Part shown: piece by piece, positions 12,650-26,409 of the stretch
Numbering within the stretch: position 1 is the stretch's first letter
How the letters are laid out: each line of letters starts with the position of its first letter
Source of the DNA: Octopus vulgaris
Lineage: Eukaryota
DNA: 64,000 bases
Direction: 5' to 3'
Assembly: GCA_951406725.2 (NCBI GenBank)
Contig: OX597816.1
Coordinates: forward strand, 161,138,001 to 161,202,000
Translations under genes and position numbers: made by a program
The notes under the pieces: generated by a model
The model's database searches: none
The model's input: the letters and a program-made list of their open reading frames with translations, nothing else
What the model was told of the DNA's origin: nothing

Positions 12650-12855
12650 TTCTTTTACTTGTTGCAGTCATTTGACTGCAGCCATGCTGGAGCACCACCT
12701 TTAGTTGAACAAAATGACTTGAGGACTTATTCTTTGTAAGCCTAGTACTTATTCTATTGGTCTCTTTTGCTGAACTGCTAAGTTATGGGTATATAAACAC
12801 AGTTGTCAAGTGGGGTGGTGGGTAACAAACACAGACACACAAATACATACATACA

Positions 12856-12944
<89 letters not shown>

Positions 12945-13106
12945 GACAGGCTTCTTTTAGTTTCTGACTATCAAGTTCACTTACAAGGCTTTGGTTGGCA
13001 ACGGCTATAGTTGAAGACACTTGCTGAAGGTGCCATGCAATGGGACTGAACCTGGATCCATGTGCCTGGGAAGCAAGCTTCTTACCACACAGTCACTCCT
13101 GTGCCT
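12650..13106 (-). mobile_element. tRNA/CORE SINE (family B), full length
   Basis: Head with A/B-box-like motifs, CORE-like block, central (TA)n and gtggtgctccagcatggctgcagtcaaatgac tail, all on the minus strand. Confidence 0.85.
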
Positions 13107-13229
13107 ATATGTACCATTTTATGAAAACTACTCACCCCACTTCACATTTCATTACTATCTTCTCATTCATTCTCATTCTTTTTTCACTCATACCCCTATG
13201 AGTGTTTTTTTTTTCTTTTTCACTTGTTG

Positions 13230-13640
13230 AGCCTAGAGGAAGGGGTACTGCCAATGACCTCAACAGGCCCCTCTGAAACTGGTATACTTAATGCTATTAA
13301 TGTTCTTTTTGCAAGTCAGCTTTTGTAAGAAAAGCCATTAGTTGGGAGAAGATTCCAGATGATTAATGCACTGGGGAAGAAGGACTTGACATTAGTGTGG
13401 GGCCAAGATTTGTTTGATGCTCCAACAGTGATAATGAGGTAGAAAAGTGAATGAGACAGGGAATGGCTTGCCTGAGTGGTGAGGTTGTTAGCCCAGTGAG
13501 CCCTAAAGAACAGAGACCATTATAGTAGTAATAGAAAAGGCAGAGAGAAAAGACATCATGGGAATGAGCATGTCTGTTTGTGATGGAATACATATTACTT
13601 CGGTGGCTCTTCTTTAGATGTGGTCCAAGATGTGGTCTGT
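13230..13640 (-). mobile_element. L2/CR1-group LINE ORF2 C-terminal remnant
   Basis: Minus translation VFSLCLFYYYYNGLCSLGLTGL resembles the VASLSLFYRYxxGxCSxEL motif of this LINE group. Confidence 0.6.
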
Positions 13641-13644
13641 CGTT

Positions 13645-13995
13645 ACCAGAGCTGCTTGGCTGGCTCCCTGTGCCAGTGGCATATAAAAAGCACTATCCGA
13701 ACATGGTCAATGCCAGCCTCCCCGCCCTAACTGGCTCCTGTGTTAGTAGCATGTAAAAAGCACCATCCGAATGTGACCCATGCCAGTGCTGCCTGACTGG
13801 CTCTCATGCCGGTGGCACGTAAAAAGCACCCACTACACTCTTGGAGTAGTTGGTGTTAGGAAGGGCATCCGGCTGTAGAAACACTGCTAGATCAGATTGG
13901 AGCCTGGTGTGGCCTCCTGGCTTGCAGTCCCCAGTCAAACCGTCCAACCCATGCCAGCATGGAAAACGGACATTAAACAATGATGATGATGATGA
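13645..13995 (+). mobile_element. family A LINE 3' fragment
   Basis: Three repeat units, shared 3' block, (GAT)n tail. Confidence 0.85.
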
Positions 13996-14339
13996 TTTAT
14001 ATGATCAGATATATAATTTTGAAATGTTCATGGTGTCATTATGAAGACCTAATCAAAAACTTTGCAATTAAAAAATGTAGGACAAAGCTTTTCAAATATA
14101 AACAAAGTGGAAATATACTAAAATAAACATTCTTTTTCCCTCTTACAGTTTTGTTTCATTTTGAAAAATAAAAAATTATTTTATGGTTTGTTATTGTTTA
14201 TATTTTGAATTACTTATATTTGGGAGCACCAAAATCTTTTAAATGCTTAGGGCCTCTATGGGTCTTAATCCAGCCCTGGTCCAGCATTTGAATAAACTGT
14301 ACAGGCTCTGATTGCCATTCATATTTAGCGAGAATGTGG

Positions 14340-14680
14340 TAGAGTGGTGTTTTTTTTTATATGAGATTTTTGCTGTTAAAATAAAACAAGGTTGGCTTGG
14401 CCCCAGCGAAGGAGTCTCTTGAGGCCTTTATTTGTGGAATCAGAACAGGTTTGGCATGTTTTGGCTACATTTAGATGACGCATAGTTGTGAAAAGTTTGG
14501 TAGGAATGAAGAGTTATGTCATCTGCATAACAGTAGGTATTGTTGGAAGGAAGCAGCAAGTAGGTTATTGCTGTTGAGAAGGAAGAGAGTGGAAGACAAA
14601 ACTAAACCTTGGTGGGAAACAGGGTAAATTGAGAGTAGGGCAGAAAACTCCATTGGCTCATGTTGTAATAGTGAAAGCAA
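14340..14680 (-). pseudogene. LINE reverse-transcriptase remnant (L2/CR1 group)
   Basis: Minus strand reads QGLVLSSTLFLL (PQGSVLSPTLF motif), then after a frameshift CYADD at 14518-14532, then LLRWGQANLVLF; multiple lesions. Confidence 0.75.
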
Positions 14681-14804
14681 GGAAGAATATGTTGATGTTT
14701 GTGTTAATGTGCGCTTGTGTGTGTGTGTGTGTGTGTTCATTTGTTTACACATTTGTTTTATGTTTGTTTTTCCTTGCTCGCATAGGTTGGGTGAATACAC
14801 CACC

Positions 14805-15083
14805 ATCATCATTTTCATCTTTTAACGTCTTTTTTCCATGCTGGCATGGGTTGGATGGTTTGACTGAGGTCTGGATAGCCAGTGGCTGCACCAGGTTCCA
14901 ATCTGATTTGGCAATGTTTCTACAGCTGGATGCCCTTCCTGATGCCAATGATTCCGAGAGTGTAGTGTGTGCTTTTTATGTGCCACTGGCACAGGAACCA
15001 GTCAGGCAGGCCTGGCATTGATCACATTCGGATAGTGCTTTTTACGTGTCACTGGCACAGGAGCCTGCCAGGGGGCACTGGCA
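14805..15083 (-). mobile_element. family A LINE 3' fragment
   Basis: Reverse complement of the shared 3' block plus two units. Confidence 0.8.
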
Positions 15084-15254
15084 TTTATATATATTAACAT
15101 TATATGTATGTGTTCTTTAGATGGTTCATAAATTTACATATGTGTGTGTGTATGTATATGTATATGCACACATAGACACACACACAGACATAGGTTTGAG
15201 TACATATTGATATATGCATGTGTACTTATATATGCACACACACAAACCCATATA

Positions 15255-15288
<34 letters not shown>

Positions 15289-16436
15289 GCTTAAGTATCC
15301 TTATGTCAGGAATATCATGAACATCAGTATAAATTGCAAAACTGTTTCTATTTGGGAGGGAGGACACTTAATTCTTGCAACTTCCACTGGTAGTTGGTAA
15401 TTACAATTACCTCCCGCCGTTGCCGATTATCTAAAAATCGTTCAATTTCTCATGCTCTAACGATCAATTAGATTATGTGCATTTGTGCATGTCAGTTAAT
15501 ATATTGCTGTTGTTGCTACTGGTGCTGTTGTCTTTCATATTGCACGTGATTCATAACAAATTGCTTTGATCCAGTCGGCACGTGTATGTTTATTGATCGG
15601 TTGTGTTTATGTAACGAACCATGCACCCACGTACTGTGTCTGTGTGTGTTTGGGTATGTACGTATGTGTCTATGTGCGTGTATACATAAATAAACCCCTG
15701 GGTGTGTGAACATGCATGTATGTTATTTTGGGTTTGTCTCTTTCTTTTGCACGTACACGCATACACACACTCATATATGTACTTGTGTGTGTGTATGTGT
15801 GCATGTGTATATATATGTGTGTGTGTGTGTGTCTATATATATATTATTTTGATGGCTTCAACCTATGGGCTGTGACCATACAACACCGCTGCCACATACA
15901 TACACACATACATACATACATACATACATACATACACACATACATACACACATATATACATACATACATACACACAAGCACACTTACATAATGCATACAC
16001 ACACACATAAATGCACATGCACACACTCAGACATACATACATACATACACACGCGCGCACACACACACACGCATGTACCATAATGAAAAATGGAGAATTA
16101 TATATCTTCAAAATTTATTTATTGAAGTATTTTCTATCATATTGAAGAAAAAGCTTTAATAAATAAATTTTCAAAATATATCATTCTCCATTCTTCATTT
16201 TGATATCTTGATTATACACCCTGTATGCCACATGAAATCCAATGAAACGAACTCAAGATTTATTTATCGAAGATTTATCAATATTAATTGTTTACCTTAA
16301 TCGATTCTGAATGTTCCCTTATAATTTGATGTTGTTAGCCAGATCTTCATTGTATCGGAGTGCTCATAAGATACATGCTCAAATTTCAAATCCCTATTCA
16401 TTTATTGTATATATATCATCATATATATATATATAT

Positions 16437-16607
16437 AGGTGCAGGAGTAGCGGTGTGGTAAGTAGCTTGCTTACCAACCACAAGGTTCTGTGATCATTCC
16501 CACTGCATGGCACTTGGGCAAGTGTCTTCTACTATAACCTTGGGCCGATCAAAGCCTTGTGAGTGGATTTGGTAGAAGGAAACTGAAAGAAGCCTGTCGT
16601 ATATTTG

Positions 16608-16650
<43 letters not shown>

Positions 16651-16875
16651 ATGTTTGTGTGTTTGTGTTTGTCCCCCCAACATCACTTGACAACCGATGC
16701 TGGTGTGTTTACATCCCCGTAACTTAGCAGTTCGGCAAAAGAGCCTGATAGAATAAGTACTAGGTTTACAAAGAATAAGTCCTGGGGTCAATTTGCCCGA
16801 CTAAAAGCGGTGCTCCAGTATGGCCACAGTCAAATGACTGAAACAAGTAAAAGAGTAAAGAGAGTAAAAGAGTAT
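16437..16875 (+). mobile_element. tRNA/CORE SINE (family B), full length
   Basis: ggtgcaggagtagcggtgtggtaag head, cacttgggcaagtgtcttctactat CORE-like block, (TG)n centre, (AAAGAGT)n tail. Confidence 0.85.
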
Positions 16876-17420
16876 ATATATTATCCGAAGTGTACAGTAT
16901 TATATATCCATTATAGCCGATCTTACCAATCAGTTTTGCAAAAAGTAAAAGAGTAAAAGAGTATGCAAATTCAAAATGTATGCTTTTTTTCAGTGTTCAT
17001 TTGAATACAACAATAGGTGCCGCGCCATGGCACATCCACTGAATGTTAAAGAATCTGTTAAAGAATCTTAACACGGATTTCTCATTTCATAAATAGATAT
17101 ATCTTATGATTTACTACCAAAAACAGCATCTATATTCATTATGTTTACCTTGATAATTAAGATGGATATTCAATCATTGGGATGAGTACGTCAAAATATA
17201 TAATTTTTATCTAACTGTATGCTACCATTAACTTACAAATGTTGTTGATCTCTAAATAGCTTTTAGCTCTCTTTAGTTGTTTTCCTGGTTTTGAGTATGT
17301 GTGTGTGTGTGCCTGTGTGCGTGTGTATAAATATATATATATATATTATAAATATCTATATTATATATATTTTCATCATCATCATAATCATTTAATATTC
17401 ATTAATAATATGTGATTGTA

Positions 17421-17465
<45 letters not shown>

Positions 17466-17467
<2 letters not shown>

Positions 17468-17612
17468 CATCATCATCTTTTAGCGTCCATTTTCCATGCT
17501 AGCATGGGTTGGACGGTTCAACTGGGGTCTGTGAAGCCGGAAGGCCGCATCAGGCCCAGTCAGATCTGGCAGTGTTTCTACGGCTGGATGCCCTTCCTAA
17601 TGCCAACCACTT
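17466..17612 (-). mobile_element. family A LINE 3' fragment
   Basis: Nearly identical to 61169-61323 and truncated at the same point. Confidence 0.85.
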
Positions 17613-17636
17613 CGTGATATACACACATAACTGTAC

Positions 17637-17702
<66 letters not shown>

Positions 17703-18022
17703 ATGTATATATATATATATATATATATAGATAGATAGATAGATAGATAGATAAATTGTTTGTGTGTATGTATATATCTATAAATTAATCAAAGGCCCTG
17801 TGGTAATGCAGAGGAATCATGAGCTCAAAATACATGCAGCAGACTTTTAGACTGATGGCTTGACCAATTGGTGCTGCAAGATGTGTGGTGCAGCCCTGAC
17901 TATACATTCATTGGACAACTAAACTGAGCCACTGCCTAACAGGTATGACAGTAGCAAACGTCTCATATGGCAATGAAAAATACTCTAACTCAATTGCACT
18001 GAAACTCCATAACCCCACAATG

Positions 18023-18081
18023 TATACACTGATTAATCTAGCTAGATAAGGTTGTTTGATTTCATACATATCATATATACA

Positions 18082-18129
<48 letters not shown>

Positions 18130-18131
18130 CG

Positions 18132-18172
<41 letters not shown>

Positions 18173-18226
18173 TATATGTATGTATGATATCAAACAACCT
18201 TATCTAGCTAGATTAATTGGTGTGTA
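18023..18226. repeat. inverted repeat (about 45-bp arms) enclosing a (TA)n tract
   Basis: attaatctagctagataaggttgtttgat (18032-18060) and its exact reverse complement (18189-18217). Confidence 0.9.
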
Positions 18227-19206
18227 TGTTGCTGCAACCAAAGAGAGTAAAAGGTTTCATTTATCTTTCTAATTCAATTAAATACAGATTAATTACATAT
18301 ATCAAATATTTTAGAAGTAGAGAATACCTGAATCGATTGTTGTATAGATATAAACATTTTCCTTCCTGCTATAAGAGAGTTTGCATGACAAAATCGGACA
18401 CAACCACTTCATAAGATGCTCGGAGACATTATCATGTTGGATGCCCCTGTTGATTCTGATCTATGAGGGACCGAAATCCATTTTCACCTCTTTCTCTCTC
18501 TATTTTTATAGTTATGATGTCTGTATCACTAACAAGACTTAAATCCAAATCTGACCAAGGATTTATAAATATTTTTGCAATTTGGACACAGCAGAACATT
18601 ATTAAAGAACATCGATGGTACATTAGGCTGAGACTTTGCCTTTGCTCTCAGTTCTTTAAGGTGGTCCCGATGGATCGTTATATATGTATATGGTGTGTGT
18701 ATGTGCGCACGTCTGTGTGTTTGTGTGTATGTGCATGTGTACATATGTACATGCATATCATCATCATCATCGTCATCATTTAACATCCGCCTTTATATAC
18801 ATATTTATATGTGTGTGTGTGTGTATGTATGTATTTTATTTGTTTGTTATCAAGGCTACCATTGGTTTCATGTCATGAATTTTCAGCAATTATCAAGCTT
18901 GCCATGTGGGACATTGGTACTTGTTTCCATCATACATATTATCTATATATACAAATGTGTGTGTGTGTGTGTTTGTGTGTGTGCGTTTGTGTGTGTGTGT
19001 GTTTATGTATATACATAAACAAAAAGCGAAACAACAATTAGAAGGACAGGCAATAAAAGATGGGTCATTCTTGGCTTTCTTTCATCAGTCAAGTCCCAGA
19101 AGTCACGACTATTTCAGGCAGTTACACTTGAGATGGTTCGATCTGGTTGACCCCCCCAAAAAGTCTAAGCTAAGAGCATTAGATCCCTTTGTAAGAAAGC
19201 TAGCGA

Positions 19207-19270
<64 letters not shown>

Positions 19271-19939
19271 ATGTATGTGTAATATATTCTATTATATAAA
19301 AAGAGAGAGAGACATAATGACCCAACATTAGGCACCAGGAATTGTTGTCATAGTTCCATTGACATAATTTTCAGACGTTTTTCATTGCCAATGCCTGTGT
19401 ATTTCTTTCAAATTATTTATTGGTGTAGTAGCTGGTCCCCTGTCTTTCTTTTCTTTCTTGTTTTTGTTTTTCAAATTCTTTTACTAACAAACATAAGCAC
19501 TCACTCTCACTGATAGAGCTTAACAGAAACCTATTAACAAAGGAAAATGTATTTAATGCTCTTCCTTTTAGGGAAACTGAGGAAGGTAGATAGACTCACA
19601 CATCATGCATGTACGCATACTTGCACACTTACACACAAACACACACACACGCATACAGCTGTGTATGTATGAGTGTGAATGTGTGCCTGAGTGTGTGTGT
19701 GTTCATTGAGAAAGAAAAAGAACAATAGACACATAGAGGTGTGCAGTTACATATATATATATCTATGTATCATTAGAGGTATGTAGACAGATTGATAAAT
19801 GAATAGAAATGCATACACATGCACGTACATGTGCACTCACACATACACATGCACACACAAACCTGGTAGGATAGGACAAGAGTTATAAATAGATAGATAT
19901 ATAAATAATTATATTGTTATAAGACTAGGTAGATATATA

Positions 19940-20157
19940 AAATGTATGAATGTATGCATAAGTATGTATATGTATATATGTGTGTGTGTCTATGTATATG
20001 TATATATATATACACACACACACACACAGATAATACTTTCTTTTATGTATAGATATATATATGTACTTATGTATGTATGTGTGTATGTATATATATATGT
20101 GTGTGTATGTATACGTATGTATATATATGTATGTATATATGTATGTATGTGTGTGTG

Positions 20158-20188
<31 letters not shown>

Positions 20189-20346
20189 CTATATATCTAT
20201 ATATATATATATATGTATATGTATGTATATGTATCTATCTATCTATTTATCTATATATATGCTTGTGTATCTATGTATGTATATATATATATGTGTATGT
20301 GTGCATGTGTAAGTATGTATATACACACACACACATATGTATGTAA

Positions 20347-20432
<86 letters not shown>

Positions 20433-20677
20433 ATGTGTATGTGTGTGTGTGGGTGTGTATAGACACACAGATAAATAGACTGATAGATAGATAGATAGAT
20501 GCAGACTGTTGTAATAGAAATCAATAAAATCAGGACAAAACCTCAAAAACAATCAGTTTTTATTCTCTCCTTCAATCATTGATATTTTTTTTTATATTAG
20601 GGTAGGGGGTGGGGGTGATATCTATTTTGTACTTTGATTTTGTTCCTGGCTACTTTTCGTTGTTCCGTGCCAGCATC

Positions 20678-20712
<35 letters not shown>

Positions 20713-21322
20713 GTGTGTGTGTGTGTGTTCATGTGTGTGTGTGTGTGTGTGTGTGTGGTTGTGTACACACATACACACACACACACATTTATATATACTT
20801 ATGAGTGCATCTATGTAGTACATGCACATGAATGTATGTGTTTGCGTGTGCATGTGTGTATATATATTCGAGTGTGTGTGAATGTGTGTGTGTGTGTAAA
20901 ATTATTCCAAAGAGTGAGAGAGAGAAAGAGTGAGAGGGGGGGGATTCAGATTCTCCAAGTCTTCAATAAATAAATCTAAACTACAAAAAGAGAATCAAAA
21001 GTCTTCTTGCTTTTTATATTTCCCTATTTTTTAATGTTATTCTTGTGTTCTAATTTCTACCATCAACACCACCTCCTCTACTACCACTACCAAAACCACC
21101 ACCACCGCCACTGCCGCTGCTGCTGCTACTACTGCTGCTGCTGCTGCTGCTGCTTCCACCACCCTCATTACAACTATCATTACCGCTGTTATGAAAGCCT
21201 ATTGCTACCACCACCACTGTCACCACCACCACCACCACCACCATCACTACTATCATTACTACGACAATACTATATCCTTAAATATATGTATGTATATATA
21301 TATACATATATATATGTGTGTA

Positions 21323-21366
<44 letters not shown>

Positions 21367-21391
21367 TATATATATGTATATTTATATTATA

Positions 21392-21471
<80 letters not shown>

Positions 21472-21540
21472 TATATATATGTATATATATATATATGTAT
21501 ACATATCTATCTATCTATATGTATATATATACACATACAT

Positions 21541-21577
<37 letters not shown>

Positions 21578-22620
21578 GGCTGTTCAATAGTATACTTTTT
21601 CCTGTTTCCTTTCCCTTTTCCTTTTAATTTTTCTTTTTCTTCTTCTGTCTCCTTACTCCTCTTCCCCCTTCTCTTCCTGCTAATTTGTCACAAACACGCA
21701 GATGACGACGATAACGATGATGATGATGATGATAACGATGACATTGATGATGGCGATACCATCATCATCATCTTCAACACCATTACCATCAGCATGAATT
21801 TTTTAAAATCCTATGGCTTCTCCCTTTGTTTATTTTCTTTCATCATTTATAATGCTTTTTATTTTTTTATTTTTTTAAAAGTTTTTTTAGTTTTTTTTGT
21901 TTTATTTTGTCTTTTCTATAAATTGTTTCTATTTCTCATTTCAGCAGGGTGAGCATGTGTGTACATGTACACACACACATATTTATGTGTGCGTGTGTGT
22001 GTGTGAGTGTGTGTGTGTGTGTGTGTGTATTGTGGATTTGTTTGTTTGTGTTTGTGTATGTGTATGTGCATGTTCTATATGTGTGTATTTATCTACTTTG
22101 CTGTAGTGTCTACATCTACATATCTGTATGTGTATGTATGTATGTGTATTCACATGTGTGTATGTGTTTATGTGCACAGTTTGTTGTGTGTGCATGTGTA
22201 TGTATGTATGTGTATGTATGTATATGCATGTATGTATGTATGTGTGACTGCTTGTATTTTTGTGTGTGTGCTTATGTGCACAATTTTTGTGTGCATGGGC
22301 ATGTCTATGTATATGCATGTGTAACTGCATATATATATTTGATATGTATGCTTATGTATGCAATTTGTTGTGTGTGCATGTGTATGTTTGTATGTGTATG
22401 TATGTGTATGTATGTGTATGTATGTGTGACTGCGTGTATATATGATGTGTGTGCTTATGTATGCAATTTGTTGTGTGTGCATGTGTATGTCTGTATGTGT
22501 GTGTATCTTTGATTTTTGTGTGTGAGTGTGTTGATGTGCACAATTTATTGTGGTAAGTGCACTTGCATATCTGTGTGCATATGTGTGTGTGAGTGTGTGT
22601 GTGTGTGTGTGTGTGTTTGA
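19940..22620. repeat. extended microsatellite/minisatellite field
   Basis: (TA)n, (TG)n, (TATG)n, (CTAT)n and (CAC/CTG)n tracts; an approximately 100-bp GT-rich unit recurs at about 22150-22550. Confidence 0.9.
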
Positions 22621-24099
22621 TCAATATTATTTGTCAATGCACCAACAGTTGCATCTCACTGTCTGTTAAGTTGGTAGCGCTGTGCAGCAACAGCATTCCT
22701 GCTGTTCAACTAGTTTGTTCTCTTTTTCGAAACTACTCATTGTTCAACAAAAGCTCTTATTCATTCCACCAAAAAAGAAAAAAAAATCATTGTTTTGTCA
22801 TTCTTTTACAACTGCCGCTTCTTCTGCAATTTCTCAAAGTGTATCCCAACAGTCTTCCTTTTCTTGACAATGAGAGAAAGCAAGAGATGAAAGGCGGGTG
22901 ACAGGGTGGGTGTAAGAAGTAGCGAGAGAGAGAGAGAGAGAGAGAGAGGGAGAATACGGGTGAAACAGAGAGAGGAGGATTTGTGGGAGAGAAAGTAAAA
23001 GAATGAGATGGTCTGGGATGATTTAGTATTTTTTAATTATTTTGTTTTATTTTATTTTTGTTTTAGTTTTTTTGTGTTTTTTTCTCTAGTAAAGTGAGAA
23101 GAATAAAAAAAACATATAAGAATTTTGTCAGTTTCTTTATTGAAAGAAAAAAATATCATATGAAAAAGAAAAAAAAGAACCTAGTAACCATCACGCTTAT
23201 CCTCTACCATCACAGCTCCTACTAATGCTGTTGCTACTACTATTACTACTATCATGTCATCACAGTCCTTTACCTCATAATCTGCACACACCTCCAAGCC
23301 ACCCCACCCCCATTGGACCATTATTCTCACTGTCATCCCTACCATTGCCATCATCACCATCTTTTATATTCTTTCCTCCTCCTCTTCTCCATCCCACCTC
23401 CCACCATGTTCTTCATCTTCATCCCTGATGTTGGTACCACCTTTGTTGTCACTGTCATTATTGACACTCTTGTTATTGTTGCCATCGTCAACGTCACTAT
23501 TTTCATCATCTTCATTATCATCATCGTCATCATCATCATCATCATCATTGTCATTGTCATCATCGTCATCGTCATAGGCAACATTATAATTTTTGCACTG
23601 CCACCACCACCACCACCACTGCTATCACAGAATTCAATTACTATGACTGTTGCCAAGGTATCAAAACATTTTAAACTGTTATTAATCATGGCCCCAAATC
23701 AAAGATGAACTTTGGTCTGTCTGTGTTAAGCACCATTAAATACAATTGGTTTGTTTGTGTAAAGCACATTTTGAATTCCCTCACGTGAGTGCACGTGTGT
23801 TTGTGTGTGTGTGTTTGTGTGTTTGTGTGTGTGTGTGTGTGTCTGTGTGTGTGTGTGTAAATATACGGATTGAAGTCTTATCTCTTTATTGTCACTCTAG
23901 TACTCTTACATTTGTTGCGTGAGACAGACTGTCGGCTGAAGGACTAGTGGTTCATGTCATATAGTCAGTGTTCTGTTGTGCTCAAGACTAAGGCACCTAA
24001 AGCTTTGTGGCTTAGTTCCTGTTGATATGAATAAGTAACAGTTATAGGTACAGCTCATGGATGTATTGTTTTCTCTTTTGTTTATTTTAAGACTTATTT

Positions 24100-24360
24100 T
24101 AGAGGAGAAGGAGTGGCTGTACACACATCCTTCCTAGTTTGTCCATGATTGGTGTAATCAATACTGCTTAAGTTCAAGTTGAGCACCTGCTCAGTGGAGT
24201 GGGAATTACAGAGGTTTGATGTTCTGGAAAGGATTGGTGGTAGGGATATGTGTTTAGTGCAAAGCCTTGGAGCTAGACACAAGAAATGTGATGAAAAGAA
24301 GCAAGAAAGTTGTGATGTTTGATCTTGGATGGCAATGGTAAGTAATTAGGCTGGATTTGT
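24100..24360 (-). mobile_element. L2/CR1-group LINE 3' remnant
   Basis: Minus translation CTKHISLPPILSRTSNLCNS resembles RTxxxxxSFxxRTSxLWNSL. Confidence 0.45.
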
Positions 24361-24384
24361 GGAATAAAGATAGAATATTTTTCT

Positions 24385-24778
24385 TTTCTTTTTCTTTTAC
24401 TTGTTTCAGTCATTTGACTGTGGCCATGCTGGAGCACCGCCTTTAGTCAAGCAAATCAACTCCAGGACTTATTCTTTGTAAGCCTAGTACTTATTCTATC
24501 AGTCTCTTTTGCTGAACCACTGGGTTACGGGATGTAAACGCACCAGCATTGGTTGTCAAGCAATGTTGGGGGACAAAGACACATACACAAACATATTCAC
24601 ATGCATACATATTTATACGACAGGCTTCTTTCAGTTTCTGTCTACCAAATCTACTCACAAGGCTTTAGCCGGCCTGAGGCTATAGTAGAAGACACTTGCC
24701 CAAGGTGCCACACAGTGGGACTGAACCCGGAACCATGTGGTTGGTAAGCAAGCTACATACCACACAGCCATACCTGTA
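24385..24778 (-). mobile_element. tRNA/CORE SINE (family B), full length
   Basis: Reverse complement of the 16437 and 30244 copies. Confidence 0.85.
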
Positions 24779-24804
24779 TCTATGTTTATCTTTTATCCTT
24801 TATC

Positions 24805-25557
24805 TAAATACTAAACAGTAAATTTATTCAATAAAATTGCCAGTGGCTTCAACCATGGTCTCCAGATGACTTCGGAATCTCCTGCAACCCTTCTTGATGG
24901 TCACCTTGTTAGTGAATGCTGCCATAATCCTTGCCTTCAGTTCATCTTTGGTGTTACAAGGAGTTTTGTTCGTCACTTGCTCAACTGTGCCCCACACATA
25001 ATAATTAAGGGGGTTGCAGTCTGGGGAGTTAGACGGCCAGATGTTAGGCGTGATGTGGTCGCAGAAATTGTCTGACAACCATGACTAGGTTCTCCTGCTT
25101 GTGTGGCATGGTGCAGAGTCCTGTTGCCAGACATAGGGGATTCCAGCAGCCAGCGCCTTGACCCAGGACAGCACTACCATCTCCAGGCACTTGATGTAGG
25201 CCTCTGTATTGAGTGTGAGGCCATGTGGGAAAATGAATGGAGGCATAACGTCGTGATAACTCCAAACACTGGATGTTTGATTTTTATCACTCTCAGTACA
25301 TGTTTTGGCTACACGGCAAGCCAATGGTTGTCCTGTGTGTTCACTGCCTGTTTATATTGGAGCTTCCAGCATGAATGTCAAGCAGTGCAGCATGTCATTT
25401 CCAAATTTCTGGCAGAGTGAATTGCATCATGGTGCTGTTTTCCTCACAGGCAGTACCCAACTGACTCTATTATACTGTGTAGTCAGCAAAATCAAAAACA
25501 ATGTGCATGAATGAAATTAAAAGCATAAAATTGTGACAGTTTAACTATCGCACCCTG
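24805..25557 (-). pseudogene. internally deleted maT (DD37D) Tc1/mariner transposon
   Basis: YVWQQD-SAPCHTSRRT*SWLSDNFCDHITPNIWPSNSPDCNPL-N: 37 residues between the second D and the third catalytic position (here N); in-frame TAG at 25085-25087; 5' TIR TA|CAGGGTGCGAT at 25557. Confidence 0.85.
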
Positions 25558-25562
25558 TATAT

Positions 25563-25619
<57 letters not shown>

Positions 25620-25621
<2 letters not shown>

Positions 25622-25785
25622 GTTGAAATTTATAGAAAAACAAAATACAAAGACAGGTGTATGAACAACAAGCAAGTTTATTAGTTTGATGCTTGGGAAA
25701 AATGAAAAAAGTCTTTTATATTTTGAGTCTATGCTCTTCAACAGAAAGGAATAAGAAAAAATAAACAGAGAGAGAATGAAAAATA
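25620..25785 (-). mobile_element. Penelope-like terminal-repeat fragment with decayed hammerhead-like motif (25712-25748)
   Basis: Minus strand cctttCTGTTGAagagcatagactcAAAatataaaagac; abuts (TA)n. Confidence 0.75.
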
Positions 25786-25794
25786 CTTGTAGAT

Positions 25795-25943
25795 TTTTCT
25801 GCTGCTTGTGTGATGACATGGTGCAGAGTCCTGTTGCCAGACATAGGGGGTTCCAGCAGCCAGCCCCTTGACTCTGGACAGTACTACCATCACCAGACAC
25901 TTGATGTAGGCCTCTGTTAATTGTGAAGCCATGTGGGAAAATG
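25795..25943 (-). mobile_element. maT transposase fragment similar to 25092-25235
   Basis: EAYIKCLVMVVLSRVKGLAAGTPYVWQQDSAPCH. Confidence 0.8.
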
Positions 25944-25956
25944 GCTAATATATAAT

Positions 25957-26302
25957 CATCATCATCATCATTATCATCGTTTAATGTCCGTTCTCCATGC
26001 TAGCATGGGTTGGACGGTTCGACCGGGGATCTGGGAAGCCAGAAGGCTGCACCAGGCTCCAGTCTTATCTGGCAATGTTTCTACAGCTGGATGCCCTTCC
26101 TAACGCCAACCACTCCGTGAGTGTAGTGGGTGCTTTTTACGTGCCAGGCGAGGCTGGCAACGGCCACGGTCGGATTGGTGTATTTTATGTGCCACCGGCA
26201 CGGAAGCCAGTCGAGGTCGCGCTGGCATCGGCCACGAGTCGGATAGTGCTTTTTACGTACCACCAGACCAGGGATCCTGCCTGGTTCAATTCGATTTCGA
26301 TT
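25957..26302 (-). mobile_element. family A LINE 3' fragment, young copy
   Basis: Near-identical to the reverse complement of 60169-60482 apart from one internal deletion; CpGs retained. Confidence 0.85.
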
Positions 26303-26305
26303 TCA

Positions 26306-26409
<104 letters not shown>

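Noticed and set aside
16437-16510. tRNA genes at SINE heads (also 33545-33620)
   Set aside because: A/B-box-like motifs are present but there is no intact cloverleaf, and each head continues into a SINE body.
19946-22624. Many long ORFs (up to 253 aa) rich in YI, CV or HT
   Set aside because: They are translations of (TA)n, (TG)n and (CA)n microsatellites, which lack stop codons.
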